Assembly: GCF_009914755.1 (NCBI RefSeq)
Contig: NC_060927.1
Origin: the human T2T-CHM13v2.0 reference genome, Homo sapiens
Direction: 5' to 3' (one strand)
Length of the DNA stretch: 64,000 nucleotides
In this document: positions 49,048 to 64,000 of the stretch, in pieces
Layout: the number at the start of each line of letters is the position of its first letter
How positions within the stretch are numbered: the stretch's first letter is position 1
Notes under the pieces: model-generated
What the model was told of the DNA's origin: nothing
The model's input: the letters and a program-made list of their open reading frames with translations, nothing else
Databases searched by the model: none
Program-made: the position numbers and the translations under genes

Positions 49048-49237
49048 TAGTTGTTGTATCTCTCTAGGCTTCTCCTGGCTGTGACAGTTTTTCAGACTTT
49101 CCTATGGTTCTGATGACCTTTACAGTTTTGAGAAATACTAGTCACGTGTTTTACAGGATGTCCTGCTATTTGACATACAGACCAATGGAATAAAATGGAG
49201 AATGCAGAAATTAATCCATATATTTATAGCTAACTGT

Positions 49238-52200
49238 TATTTTTTATTTCCGTAGGTTATGGGGAACAGGTGGTGTTTGGTTACATGAGTAAGTTCTTTA
49301 GTGGTAATTTGTGAAATTTTGGTGCACCCATCACCCAAACAGTATATACTCTACCCTATTTGTAGTCTTTTTACCCTCACCCCCTCCACCCCTTACCCCA
49401 GAGCCCCCAAAGTCCATTATGTAATTCTTATGCCTTTGCATCCTCATAGCTTAGCTCCCACTTATGAATGAGAAGATACGATGTTTGGTTTTCCATTCCT
49501 GAGTTACTTCACTTAGAATAATAGTCTCCAGTCTCATCCAGGTTGTTGCAAATGCCATCAACTCATTCTTTTTTATGGCTGAGTAGTATTCCATCATATA
49601 TATATTGTGAGATATATACATCACAATTCTTTCTATATATACCATATATACCACAATTTCATATATATATACACATGCATACACACACACACACACACAC
49701 ACACATACCACAATTTCTTTATCTACTCGTTGTTTGATGGGTATTTGGGTTGGTTCCACATTTTTGCAATTGCGAATTGTGCTGCTATAAACAGGTGTGT
49801 GCAAGTATCGTTTTTGTATAATGACTGGGTAGGTACCCAGTAATGGGGTTGCTGGATCAAATGATAGTTCTACTTTTAGTTCTTTAAGGAACCTCCACAC
49901 TGTTTTCCATAATGGTTGTACTAGCTTACATTACCATTAGCAGTGTAGAGGTTTTCCTTGTTCACCACATCCACACCAACATCTATTATTTTTTGATTTT
50001 TTTGATTATGGCCATTCTTGCAGAAGTAAGGTGGTATTGCATTGTGGTTTTGATTTGCACTTCCCTGATAACTAATGATGTTGAGCATTTTTTCATATGT
50101 TTCTTGGCCATTTGTATATCTTCTTTTGAGAATTGTCTATGTATGTCCTTGGCCCACTTTTTGGTGGGATTGTTTGATTTTTTTCTTGCTAATTTGTTTG
50201 AGATTGTCGTAGATTCTGGATATTAGTCCTTTGTCGGATGTATAGATTGGGAAGATTTTCTTCCACTCTGTGGGTTGTGTGTTTACTCTGCTGACTGTTC
50301 CTTCTGCTGTGCAAAAGCTCTTTAGTTTAATTAAGTCCCAGCAATTTATCTTTGATTTATTGCATTTGCTTTTGTGTTCTTGGTCATGAAATCCTTGCCT
50401 AAGCCAATGTCTGGAGGGGTTTTTCTGATGCTATCTTCTATAATTTTTATAGTTTGAGGTTTTAGATTTAAGTCCTTGATCCATCTTGAGTTAGTTTTTG
50501 TATAAGGTGAGAGACGAGGATCCAGTTTCATTCTCCTACATGTGGCTTGCCAATTATCCCAGCACCATTGTTGAATACAGTGTCATTTCCCCATTTTATG
50601 TTTTTGTTTACTTTGTCAAAAATCAGTTGGCTGTAAGTATTTGGCTTTATTTCTGGGTTCTCTATTCTGTTCCATTGGTCTATGTGCCTATTTTTATACC
50701 AATACCATGATGTTTTGGTGACTATGTCTTTATAGTGTAGTTTGAAATCAGGTAATGTGATGCCTCCAGATTTGTTCTTTTTGCTTAGTCTTACTTTGGC
50801 TATGCGGGCTTGTTTTTTGTTCCAAATGAATTTTAGGATTGTTTTTTTCTAGTTCTGTGAAGAATGATGGTGGTATTTTGAGGGAAATTGCATTGAATAT
50901 GTAGATTGCTTTTGGCAGTATGGTCATTTTCATAATATTGATTCTACCCATCCATGAGCATGGGCTGTGTTTCCATTTGTTCATGTTGTCTATGATTTCT
51001 TTCAACAGTGTTTTGTAGTTTTCGTTGTAGATGTCTTTTACCTTCTTGGTTAGGTATGTTCTTGAGTTATTTTATTTTATTTTATTTTATTTTATGTTAT
51101 GTTATGTTATGTTATGTTATGTTATGTTATGTTATTTTATTTTATTTTTACAGCTATTGTAAAAGGGGTTGAGTTCTTGATTTGATTCCCAGCTTGGTTG
51201 CTGTTGGTGTATAGCAGAACTACTGATTTGTGTACATTAATTTTGTATTCGGATACTTTGCTGAGTTCTTTTAACAGTTCTAGGAGCTTTTTTGAAGAGT
51301 CTTTAGGGTTTTCTAGATGTACAATCATATAAGCAGCAAACAGTGACAGTTTGACTTCCTCTTTACCGATTTGGATGCTCTTTATTTCTTTATCTTGTCT
51401 GATTGCTCTGGCTAGGACTTCCAGTACTATGTTGAAGAGGAGTGGTGAGAGTGGGCATCCTTGTCTTGTTCCAGTTCTCAGAGGGAATGCTTTCAACTTT
51501 TCCCCATTCAGTATTATGTTGGCTGTGGGTTTGTCATAGATGGCTTTTATTATATTGAGGTATGTCCCTTGTATGTTGATTTTGCTGAGAGTTTTAATCA
51601 TAAAGGGAAGCTGGATTTTGTTGAATGCTTTTTCTGCATCTATTGAGATGATCATGTAATATTTTTGTTTTTAATTATGTTTATGTGGTGTATCACATTT
51701 ATTGATTTGCATATGTTAATCCTGCATCCCTGGTATGAAACCCACTTGATCATGGTATATTACATTTCGATATCTTATTGGATTAGGTTAGCTAGTATTT
51801 TGTTAAGGATTTTAGCATCTATGTTCATCAGGGATATTGGTCTGTAGTTTCTTTTTTAGTTATGTCCTTTCCTGGCTTTGGTATTAGGGTGATACTGGCT
51901 TCATAGAATGATTTAGGAAGGGGTCCTTCTTTCTCTATCTTGTGGAATAGTGTCAAAAGGATTAGTACCAATTCTTCTTTGGATGTCTGGTAAAATTCAG
52001 CTGTGAATTTATCTGGTCCTGGCCTTTTTTTCTTGGTAATTTTTAAGTTACCATTTCAATTTTGCTGCTTGTTACTGGTCTGTTCATGGTATCTAATTCT
52101 TCCTGATTTAAACTAGGAGGGTTGTATCTTTCCAAGAATTTACCCATCTCCTCTAGGTTTTGTTGTTTATGTGCATAAAAGTGTTCATAGTAGTCTTGAA

Positions 52201-55200
52201 TAATCTTTTCTATTTATGTGTTCTCAGTTGTAATATCTCCCATTTCATTTCTAATTGAGCTTATTTGGATTTTCTCTCTTGGTTAATCCTGCTAATGGTC
52301 TATCAATTTTATTTATCTTTTCAAAGAACCAGCTTTTTATTTCATTTATCTTTTCTATTTTTTTTTTTTGTTTCAATTTCATTTAGTTCTGCTCTGACCT
52401 TGGTTATTTCCTTTCTTCTGCTAGGGTTGGGTTTGGTTTGTTCTTGTTTCTCTAGTTCTTGAGGTGTGACTTTAGATTGTCTGTCTGTGGTCTTTCAGAT
52501 TTTTTGATGTAGGCATTTAGAGTTATGAACTTTCCTCTTAGCATCACCTTTGTGGTATCCCAGAGGTTTTGATAGGTTATGTGACTATTATCATTCAGTT
52601 CAAAGAATTTTTCAATTTCCCGCTGGGCGCAGTGGCTCACGCCTGTAATCCCAGCAGTTTGGGAGGCCAAGACAGGCAGATCACCTGAGGTCAGGAGTTC
52701 AAGATCAGCCTGGCCAACATGACGAAACCCTGTCTCTACTAAAACTACGAAAATTAGCCAGGCATGGTGGCGGGCGCCTGTAATCCCAGCTACCTGGGAG
52801 GCTGAGGCAGGGAGAATTGCTTGAACCTGTGAGGCGGAGGTTGCAGTGAGCCAAGATCATGCCACTGCACTCCAGCTTGGGCAACAGAGTGAGACTCCAT
52901 CTCAAAAAAAAAAAAAAGAATTTTTAAATTTCTGTCTTGATTTCATTGTTGACCCAATGATCGTTCAAAAGCAGGTTATTTAATTTCCATGTATTTGCAT
53001 GGTTTTGAAGGTTTCTTTTGGCGTTGATTTCCAGTTTTAGTTCCTGTGGTGTGAGAGAGTGCTTGACATAATTTCAGTTTTCTTAAATTTATTAAGGCTT
53101 GTTTTGTGGCCTATCATATGGTCTATCTTGGAGAAAGTTCCATGAGCTGTTGAATAGAATGTATATTCTGTGGTTGTTGGCTAGAATATTCTGTTAATAT
53201 CTGTTAAGTACATTTGTTCTAGGGTATAGTTTAAATCCATTGTTTCTTTGTTGACTTTCTGTCTTGATGACCTGTCTAGTGCTGTCAGTGAGGTATTGAA
53301 GTCCCCCACTATTATTGTGTTGTTGTCTATCTCATTTCTTAGGTCTAGTAGTAATTGTTTTATAAATTTGGGAGCTCCAGTGTTAGGTGCATATATATTT
53401 AGGATAGTGATATTTTCCTGTTGGACAAGGCCTTTTTATCATTATATAATGCCCCTCTTTGTTTTTTTAACTGCTGTTGCTTTAAAGTTTGTTCTGTCTG
53501 ATATAAAAATAGCAAATCCTGCTTGCTTTTGATGTCCATTTGCATGGAATGTCTTTTTCCACCCTTTTACCTTAAGTTTATGTGAGTCCTTATGTGTTAG
53601 ATTAGTCTCTTGAAGGCAGCAGATGGTTAGTGAATTCTTATCCATTCTGCAATTCTGTATCTTTTAAGTGTAGCACTTAGGCCATTTACATTCAATGTTA
53701 GTATTAAGATATGAGGTACTATTCCATTCATCATGCTATTTGTTGCCTGTATACCTTTTTTTTTTTTAAATTGTATTTTTGTTTTATAGGTCCTGGGAGG
53801 CTTATGCTTTAAAGAGGTTCTGTTTTGATATGTTTCAGGATTCATTTCAAGATTTAGAGCTTTTAGTAGTTGTTGTAGTGTTGGCTTGGTAGTGGTGAAT
53901 TCTCTTAGCATCTGTTTGTTTGAAAAAGACTGTATCTTTCCTTCATTTATTAAGCTTTGTTTAGCTGGCTATGAAATTCTTGGCTGATAATTGTTTTGTT
54001 TGAGGAGGCTGATGATAGGGCCCCAATCCCTTCTAGCTTGCGGGGTTTCTGCGGAGAAATCTGCTGTTAATCTGATAGGTTTTAGTTTATAGGTTACCTG
54101 GTGCTATTGACTCACAGTTTTTAAGATTCTTTCCTTCATCTTAACTTTAGATAACCTGGTGACAGTGTGCCTAGGCGATGATTTTTTTGAGATGAGTTTC
54201 CCAGGTGTTCTTTGTGCCTCTTGTATTTGGATGTCTAGGTCTCTAGCAAGGCTCGGAAAGTTCTCCTTGATTATTCCCCCAAATATGTTTTCCAAACTTT
54301 TAGATTTCTCTTCTTTCTCAGGAACTCTGATTATTCTTAAGTTTGGTTGTTTAACATAATCCCAGACTTCTTGGAGGCTTTGTTCATATTTTCTTTTTTT
54401 CTTTGTCTTTGTTGGATTAGATTAATTTGAAAACCTTGTCTTCAAGCTCTGAAGTTCTTTCTTCTGCTTATTCGATTCTATTGCTGAGACTTTCCAGGGC
54501 ATTTTGCATTTCTATAAGTGTGTCCATTGTTTCCTGAAGCTTTGATTGTTTTTTATTTATGCTATCTATTTCCTTGAAGATTTCCCCTCTCATTTCTTGT
54601 ATCATTTAAAAAAATTTCCTTACATTGGGCTTTGCCTTTCTCTGGTGCCTCCTTGATTAGCTTAATGATTGCCCTTCTGAATTTTTTTTTGGGTAAATCA
54701 GGGATTTTCTTCTTGGTTTGGATCCATTGTTGGTGAGCTAGTGTGATTTTTTTTGGGTGTTAATGAACCTTGTTTTGTCATATTACCAGAGTTGGTTTTC
54801 TGGTTTCTTCTCATTTTGGTAGGCTCTGTCAGATGGCTGAAGGCTGTTGTTCAGATTCTTTTGTCCCATGGGTGTTCCCTTGATATAGTACTCTCCCTCT
54901 TTTCCTAGGGATGTGGCTTCCTGGGAGCCAAGCTATAGTGATTGTCATCTCTCTTCTGGATCTAGCCACCCAGCAGGTCTACCAGGCTCTGGGCTGGTAC
55001 TGGGGGTTGCCTGTACAGAGTCCTGTGATAAGAACCATCTATGGGTCTCTCAGCTGTGGATACCAGCACCTGCTCTGGTGGAAGTGACAGGGGGGTGAAA
55101 TGGACTCTGTGAGGGTCCTTAGTTTTGGCTGTTTAATTCACTATTTTTGTACTGGTGGACCTCCTGCCAGGAGGTGGTGCATTCAACAGAGCATTAGCTG

Positions 55201-56228
55201 TGGTAGTATGGGGAGGATCAGGTGGTGGGCGGAGCCCTAGAACTCCCAAGAGTATATGCCCTTTGTCTTCAGCTACTAAGGTGGGTAGGGGAGGACTATC
55301 AGGTGGGGGCAGGGCGAGGCATATCTGAGCTCAGACTCTCCTTGAGCGGGTCTTGCTTGGGCTGCTGTGTGGGATGAGGGTGTGGTTCCCAGGTCAATGC
55401 AGTTATGTTCCCAAGAGGCTTATGGCTGGCTCTGCTGTGTCATTCAGGTTGTCATGGAAGTGGGGGAAAGCCAGCAGTCACAGGCCTTACCCTGTTCCCT
55501 TGCAACCAAAAAGGCTGGTCTCACTTCCACTCTTCCCCTGTATCCCCACAATAGCACTGAGTTTGTTTCCAGGCAGTGGGCAAGCAGAGCTGAGAACTTG
55601 CCCCAGGCTACCAGTCTCCCAGCTGCAAAAGCATGCAGGGCTTTCGTACTTTCCGCCTGTGGAGTCTGCACACCAGATTCACACCCTGCCCTGAGTTCTG
55701 GCCGGGAGACTTCTCATTTGGTTGAAATTGTTACAAAGTTCAGCTGGAGGTTTCCTTCTCCCTGTGGCCTTTTCCAAGTACCCCCAGGCAGCCTGCTCCA
55801 GGGACCCCTGTGAGGCAAGGCAGAAATGGTTTCTTAGGAGACCCAGAGAGCCCACAGGGCTTTTCCTGCTGCTGTTTCTACCACTGTGTTTTGTTCTGCT
55901 CTCTAAATTGATTCAGCTCCAGGTGAGGTTAGAATCTTCTCCCATTCGCTAGACCTTGAGATTCCCCATTGAGGGTGTATGTTCGAGGGCAGACAATCCC
56001 CCTTTCCCATTTTCACCGTTTGGGCACTCACAGTATTTGTGGTGTCTCCCGGGTCGTGCAGGAGCAATTTGCCTCCTTCAGTGGGTCTGTGGGTTCTCTC
56101 AGCTTTCCTGATTTATTCCTGCAGTAGTTCTAGAGCAAAAGTTCATGAAGTGAGCCTCCACATGCTGCTCTGTCCGTCCGCGTGGGAGCTGCAATCCAGT
56201 CCTGCCTCCCGTCCACCGTGATCCTCTC
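49238..56228 (-). mobile_element. Full-length degenerate L1PB1-like LINE-1 (L1PBa-type 5'UTR)
   Basis: 3' end ttccgtaggttatggggaacaggtggtgtttggttacatgagtaagttctttagtgg. ORF2 remnants (51137-51655 RT; 53442-53645 EN) and an ORF1 remnant at 54104-54295 (ENFPSLARDLDIQIQEAQRTP). The 5' end reads gatcacggtggacgggaggcaggactggattgcagctccc on the minus strand. Approximate TSD 49160-49173 / 56231-56245. Confidence 0.92.
51067..51149. repeat. (TTATT)n(TTATG)n pentamer repeat inside L1 ORF2
   Basis: Directly visible. Confidence 0.95.
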
Positions 56229-56520
56229 TAGTCCCCACTATTTGAATTTAACTGATGTTTTCCTCATGATAAGACAGGTTTGTGAGTTATTGGGAGGAAG
56301 ACCACAGAGGTAAAGTGCCATTTTCATCTCGTCATATCAAGGATACGTATTATAAACACAGTTTATGGTTGCTGATGTTCACCAAAATCTCCTTATTTAT
56401 GTTTGCAGGGACTAGGATATTTATTTTATACTTTGAGTTATAATCCAATACTACTTTATTTATTTTTTTGCTTAATTCCTTCCATTTTTGGCTACTGAGA
56501 GCTCTTTCAGTGGCTCCTGT

Positions 56521-57287
56521 TGTTATAGAACTGAACTGGGGTCCACTTGTCTGGCACAGTAAAAACAGATGCCTACACTGAGGTTTTTGCAGTGCTAGAA
56601 AGGAAGATGTTTATTGCATAGTACTACACAAGGAAGATCAGACAGCTAAATGCCCAAGTCTAGACTCCCCAATGAGTTTTTTAAGGCAAGGGTAAATTTC
56701 AGAAAAGCAGAAGTTATAGGTAAAATAATAAATCAATATGGTGGTTACATGTTGGTTTGAGCTTAAAAGGGCAGGATATCTTGCAGTGGTGGTTTACAGG
56801 TTGTAGGTAGATTCAAGAACTTCTGATTTGCCATTGGTTAAGAAGAGAAGCTTTGTTTAAAAATTTGGGGTCCGTGGAAAAATGTTAACTGGCCTGGCTA
56901 GGGGAACTTTTTTTCTCCAAGCCCCTCAGAAAGAAACAGAATAAAGGGTGAATAAAGTTTAGTCTTCACGTCCTCTTTATTGGGGGTATACGTGCCAATG
57001 GATCCATTTGTGGGGGTCCTAAGTGGGAGTACAAGCTCATGAAAGACAACTCAGTGACATATGTTTTTATTCTTAGTTTCTATAGGGAAAACAAAAATCT
57101 CTGGAACTGTAATTTCCTTGGCTTTTGTTTTAGGCTACGATTTCCTTCTTGCTTAACAAGTTACTTAAATTCACTTCTGGGGCTAACTAGATGCCTGGAA
57201 TTTCGCTTGAAGGAATTTCAGGATTTTCCTTTGTGTTCATGCTTGAGATTTACAGGATCCCCAAAAGGGACCCCCTGCTGTGTCTCA
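56521..57287 (-). mobile_element. ERV1 solo LTR (MER72-like) inserted in an L1MC
   Basis: TG...CA termini, 767 bp, near-TSD ctgt/cagt. The minus strand begins tgagacacagcagggggtcccttttggggatcc. Poly(A) signal near 56611. Subfamily name uncertain. Confidence 0.75.
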
Positions 57288-57392
57288 CAGTGTCTATAGC
57301 AATGTGGCTTTTTGTTTTTATTTTCAGCTCTTCCTTACTTTTTGACACAAGATGCTCCAGGCTTATCTTGTATATTTCCTCCCCCAGGCTTA

Positions 57393-57637
<245 letters not shown>

Positions 57638-57809
57638 CTACTTCTTTAGGCCTTCTCAGCTTCAGAGAAAAACTATATGTGCATTTACTAGCCCATGCAT
57701 ACATAGGTATCTATACATATCTGTATCTATATTAAGCTAAGCATGAATTTAGATTGATACATAGAACTGAAATCCATTATTACTACCCAGGTTACTCTTG
57801 ATTTTTTTC

Positions 57810-58795
<986 letters not shown>

Positions 58796-61777
58796 TTATC
58801 TTTAAAAATTAAATTTTATTTATTTCTTTGATCAGTTAATCTAGTTACATGGCTAAAAAAGTAAAAGGGGCATGTAGTGAAAATTCTCCCTTCCTTTCCT
58901 TTCCTACAATCACAGACTGCCTTCTGAAAGTGACTAACGTTACCACTTTCTACAGGGGAATTGAGATGAGAAGATCATCTTTCTTTCTTTGTTTTTTAGA
59001 GATAAACTCTCACTCTGTTGTCCAGGCTGGAGTGCAGTGTTGCGATCCTAACTTATTGCAGCTTTATACTCCTGGGCTCAAGCAATCCTCTTGCCCTAGC
59101 CTCCCAGGAAGCTCACTACAGGTGCGTGCACCATGCCTGGCTAATTAAATTTTTTTTTTTTTTGTAGAGATGGTGTCTTGCTATGTTGCTCAGGCTGGTC
59201 TCGAATTCCTGGCCTCAAGTGATCCTCTCACCTCAGCCTTCCAAAGTGCTGGGTTCACAGGCTTAAGCCACTGCACCCTCTACTTTAATTTTATCTTACA
59301 ACAACAATGTTGAAGATAGTACCAGTTGAAGAAGATAGTACCAATACCATTTTAAAAGTAAGGAGAATGGGAAATAAAAATTTGTTTTTCTTTTAAATGA
59401 GAAAATTGTATAAATTCATAATGTAGACAATTTGAGAAGCACTACGGAAACACTCAAAGTTTAGAGTCAGGATTTGACTGTGGTATAAATCTGATCTCTG
59501 CTGGTTCATAGCTATTTAAACCTGACATATCTTTTAAGCAATCTGAGTCTCAATATTTTCATCTGAACATTGGACTAATAATACCTATTTAATAGAGTTG
59601 TTAATTATATTTGTAATGTGCTGAAGCCAGTGCCTGCCACAAACAAATCGCTCAAAGAATGGTAACTATTATAATTTTAAGTTGTTTTAGTGGTTGAGCA
59701 TAAAAACAATTGTTTTATTGTATGTCAGTAATATTTATGTAAGTTAGCCTCAGATATTGGATGGAGAGATTGCTAGCTATTATTTTCCTTAGCCATCTAG
59801 CCAGGTCCATTGCTGGAAAGTGGCATGTTCCTTATTTTAACAGCAAATCTTTGAAGGAAAATTCTGGCTTCCTCCTCTCCATAGAAATGCAAAGTCAAAT
59901 TTTTGGAAAATAAATGCTAAAATTGTCTTTTTTTCCTCCAGTAACTATATATTGGAGCTCTCTTCAAGTATATAAAGCATTTTTGGGAATGCCTTTATAA
60001 AACAGATAATTCATACCCTGAGAGAAAAACCTTAAACATGGATAAGATTCTAAATAAGTCTAAGGGGCAGTTTGGCAGTAAGAGAGGGCATTTCTGTCTA
60101 CCTAAGTTGCTCTTGACAATGGATGTTTAAGCAGGGTAATCAAATGTGACTTCTATCATCAAAATTAGTAGGGCATGAAAAACTTTTATGAGCTCATTCA
60201 TTACATTGCCTGTTTGAAAATATGATCTCATGTGCCTTCTTAAGAGTGGTCACTTTGGGCTCCCTCTGCAAAGCGAGGGTTTCAGATTTTCAGGATGTTG
60301 CTAAGCAGACCAGGATTTGCTAATCCTTATGAAAGTCATTTAATGTTTTTTATTTGTTTTGTTTTTTTGAGACAGGGTCTCACTCTGCTGCCCAGGCTGG
60401 AGTGCAGGGGTGCCATCAAAGCTCACTGCAGCCTCTAACTCCTGGTCTCAGTTGGTCCTCCCATCCCAGTCTCTTGAGTAGCTGGGACTACAGCTGTGCA
60501 CCACCATGCTTGGCTAATTTTTGTATTTTTTTGTAGAGATGGGGTTTCACCATGTTGTCCAGGCTGGGCTCAGACTCCCCAGCTCAAGCAGTCTGCCCAT
60601 CTTGGCTTCCCAAAGTGTTGGGATTACAGGTGTGAGCCATCATGCCTGGCAATGTTTGTGTTTTTGAAGGAGCAATAGACTTCTTGTATTTGGGTAGTCC
60701 CATTGTTAGAACTCTTTCTCTTTTACTCTTTTTCACTTGGGCAGTTGGTAAATAATTAGTGCTATTTTCACCAAAGGTCATATTCTTTTCCAAGTTTATC
60801 TTCTTGGTTTTATATTACTCCTATCTAGAAGAAGGAAGTCTCTAATTTAGTAGGAGTAAGTTAAGTAAGACAAAGAATGTATGCAAGTATTTCCAAATTT
60901 ATTCATATCTAATTTTTTTTGTATTCAACAAATATAGCCATCAAATCGTAGATGTTGTAGCACACCTAGGGACACATATATAATATTAATAACACACATG
61001 CATTTGCTTTATTTTTCATCCTCAGGAATTTTCACTTCAACCTCTAATTTGGTCAAAAAGTCATTCATTTTTCTAATTACTCATCATGCAATGGTGTTTT
61101 CCCTGTTTATGTCTTATTTTAAACAATAATTTAGCAAGGGATTTCTAGCTAAATAAACCTCAATGAGCTTGTTTTTGATTTAGAACATGCAGATTTTATT
61201 TAATTGGTGAATCAATCTTTGTCTATTAGATATCCTCCTGAAGTGCAAAGTCTAGGGAACAATTTAATACCAGAGACTTGTCAGTTTGGATACACATGCT
61301 TCTATGGACCTTTAGAAATAAGATGCATATTTATCTGGCTAATTATGGCTTGGCAGATGTGTTGCTGAGGTCTGGTACATAGTCAGTTCTAAAGGTGAAT
61401 TGTCAGCTAGAGGCAAGACTTCAACCAGTGCCCATCAGAGGAATGCACAAGTCCACAAATGCCAGGAATTAGCAGATATAACTTGAAGAGATAGTCTCAG
61501 GCTTTGAAGGACTAAATAAAAAGAAGTGGCTGATGATGTCAAATGGTGTTGGGGTTTCTCAATCGTTGCTAGACTTTAAAGACGCACAATTATCTGTATT
61601 AAATAAATGAAAATATTTGAGAGAAAGTGAAATCAGAGAAAATACTGATTTGGTCACTGTAGATACTGGGTTGATATGGAGCACTTTATATAACTTTGTA
61701 TGTGTGTGAGCTTGTGTCTTATTTCTCTAACTTGTAAAATTCTGGCTGCTTCTATGTTATAATGCATCATGGTATGG

Positions 61778-61972
61778 ACCAGAACCATAAAATAGGATTT
61801 TCCATGATGATGGTCATGTTCTACATCTGCACTGCCTAATATATAGCCACTAGACTCATGTGGCTGTTGAACGCTTGAAATGTGGCTAATGCAAATGAGT
61901 TATATAATTTTAAATTTAATTTCAATGAAAAGAACCACATATGGCAAGTGGCTACTGTATTGGACAGTGCAG
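61778..61972. mobile_element. MER3 hAT-Charlie MITE
   Basis: atgatggtcatgttctacatctgcactg...tagccactag..catgtggct...gtggctactgtattggacagtgcag. Confidence 0.78.
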
Positions 61973-63317
61973 TTCTAGTCATTGACATACAATAAATACT
62001 CCTTTTCTAAGCCCAAGTGAAAAAAATTGCTAGTTTCACATGCATTGTAGAGGAGTAGCTACTAAATACTTGTATTTCAAATGTAAAACCACAGAATTTT
62101 CTCCTCTTTTACACCAGAGTAAACTGTATCACTGATCTGAGCTGTATCACGTATTTGATTAGTATCATGTGTTTTTTCAGGTCTTTCTTTTTCTATGTCT
62201 TTTCTCCATGACAAAAATTAATAGCCCATGGTTTCTTTGTATTTCTCCTTGATTTAACACATGTTTATTTAGCATCTACTATGTGTCAGGCACTGTCTTG
62301 ATGCTGGATATGCAGCAGAGAATAAGACTGATCTCAATGAAATTACTTTAACACACAATTATGTAAAAATTATTTGAGAACAATTATGGTAAGGTTTTAG
62401 TGTATTTATCTAGAAATAACTAAAAAATTGTTGATTGATTGAGAATTGTCACTGTCTACAAACTCTGTTTCTATTAGGCATTGACCTTGACTACTTTTTT
62501 TTTTTTTTTTTTTTTTGAGACGGAATCTCGCTCTGTCGCCAGCCTGGAATACAGTGGTGTGATCTCGGCTCACTGCAACCTCTGCCTCCTAGGTTCAAGC
62601 GATTCTCCTGCCTCAGCCTCCTGAGTAGCTGGGACTACAGGCGTGCCCCACCACGCCCAGCTAATTTTTGCACTTTTAGTAGAGACAGAGTTTCACCATA
62701 TTGGCCAGGTGACCTTGACTACTTTAAAAGGGCTCTCAGTTTATTATTTTTGTTTTAGAGATGAGGTCCTGCTTTGTCACCCAGGCTGGAGTGCAGTGGT
62801 TTGATTATAGATCACTGCAGCCTTGAACATCGGGGCTCAAATGGTCTTCTTGTCTCAGCCTCTTGGTAGCTGGGGCTCCTCAGTTTAAATTAGGTATGTA
62901 GGAGTGGGGAAAAGATGAATGGTAGAGCAGGGGGAGAGAAAAAAGGAATAACATTTCTTCTTTAGTTCTATGTAACTCCAGTTGAATATAACCTCCTTGC
63001 AGGAGGAATTATCCTGTTCCCTTCCACAATCCTCCACTAGCCTGTGTCCCCAGCACCTGAGCTAGCGTCTAGTGAGCATTATAAAACAAAACCAAACACC
63101 ACATAAAATCTTTCTGGATTTTCCTTTTAGATTGTTTCTAATTTTGTGAGGAATTTAATGATTTTTGAAATCGTTCTTCTACAGTCATTTTTGTTTTGTT
63201 GCCTTTTTTCCTTCAACCGATTAAATGCTTCAGGTGTCCAAACTGGAGTGGCTGAAAATTATTATAGAGCTGCCCCTTTCATCATCCCATTCCCTTCTTT
63301 CTTCCCCTTTTGGTCTT

Positions 63318-63680
63318 TGCTATGGTGTGAATGTTGGAGTCCTTCAAAAATTCCTATGTTGGAACCTAATATCCAGTGTGATAGTATTAAGAGGTGGGTC
63401 CTTTTGGGAAGCGATGAAGTAGTAAAGCCTCAGCTCTCATGAATGGGATTGGTACCCTTATAAAAGAGTTAATAGGGAATTGCCTTGCCCCTTCTGCCAT
63501 GTATGGACACAGCAAGAGGTGCAATCTGTGAGGAATAGGCAGGCTCTCACCTGACATCAAATCTTTGGCACCTTGATCTTGGACTTCCCAGCCTTAAGAA
63601 CTATGAAAAATAAATTTCTGTTGTTTACAAATTACCCAGTCTAAGGTATTTTGTTATAGTAGGCTGAACAGGCTGAGACA
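63318..63680 (+). mobile_element. MaLR LTR (MLT1A/MSTD-like), complete
   Basis: tgctatggtgtgaatg ... tatgttggaacctaat ... aataaatttctgttgtttacaaattacccagtct ... gctgagaca. Confidence 0.82.
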
Positions 63681-64000
63681 GTCTTTTTTCTTATTTTCCC
63701 CATTAAGTTTGAGGTAGGAGATGAGGAAGGAAACAGATAGATGGTCAGGGTTCTGAAGTTTATAATTCCAGTTCTTTTTTCTTTAATTTCCTTTCTCTTC
63801 CCATCAAGCTATGAATCCACAGCTGACTTTTCCCTTCATTTGCATTTCTTACATTTTAAGGCTATTTCCAAATTCTCAATATTTATCTCCTTCTACTCTA
63901 AAATTTTGGCACACTTTTCTTTGAAGAGCAGGTCAACATAAAAGAAAACTAAAAGTCAATCTTGATGTCATTGGTTGCAAAGTGTATGTCCTGCTTGATT

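Overview
Primate (very likely human) genomic DNA dominated by interspersed repeats: more than 50 Alus, two large L1s, older L1M/L2/MIR fragments, MaLR and ERV solo LTRs, and DNA-transposon fossils. I find no intact protein-coding gene, RNA gene or CRISPR array. Nearly all ORFs in the track are Alu-, L1- or microsatellite-derived. Two processed pseudogenes are recognisable. One is a retrocopy of RLIG1/C12orf29 (5'-3' RNA ligase) at ~20.7-22.5 kb (+), which keeps a CpG-dense 5' end. The other is a full-length H3.3A (H3F3A/H3-3A) retrocopy at ~32.76-34.46 kb (-), inside an L1PA that appears to sit inside an AluJ. I see no convincing new biological system. The most interesting signals are retrotransposition-mechanism fossils: four-level nesting, a probable L1 3' transduction, a templated 5' filler on an Alu, tail-less Alus, a twin-priming-type L1 inversion and a template-switch hairpin. 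There is also a possible orphan CpG island donated by the RLIG1 retrocopy. Repeat subfamily names and parent-gene comparisons come from recalled sequences and need RepeatMasker/Dfam/BLAST confirmation.
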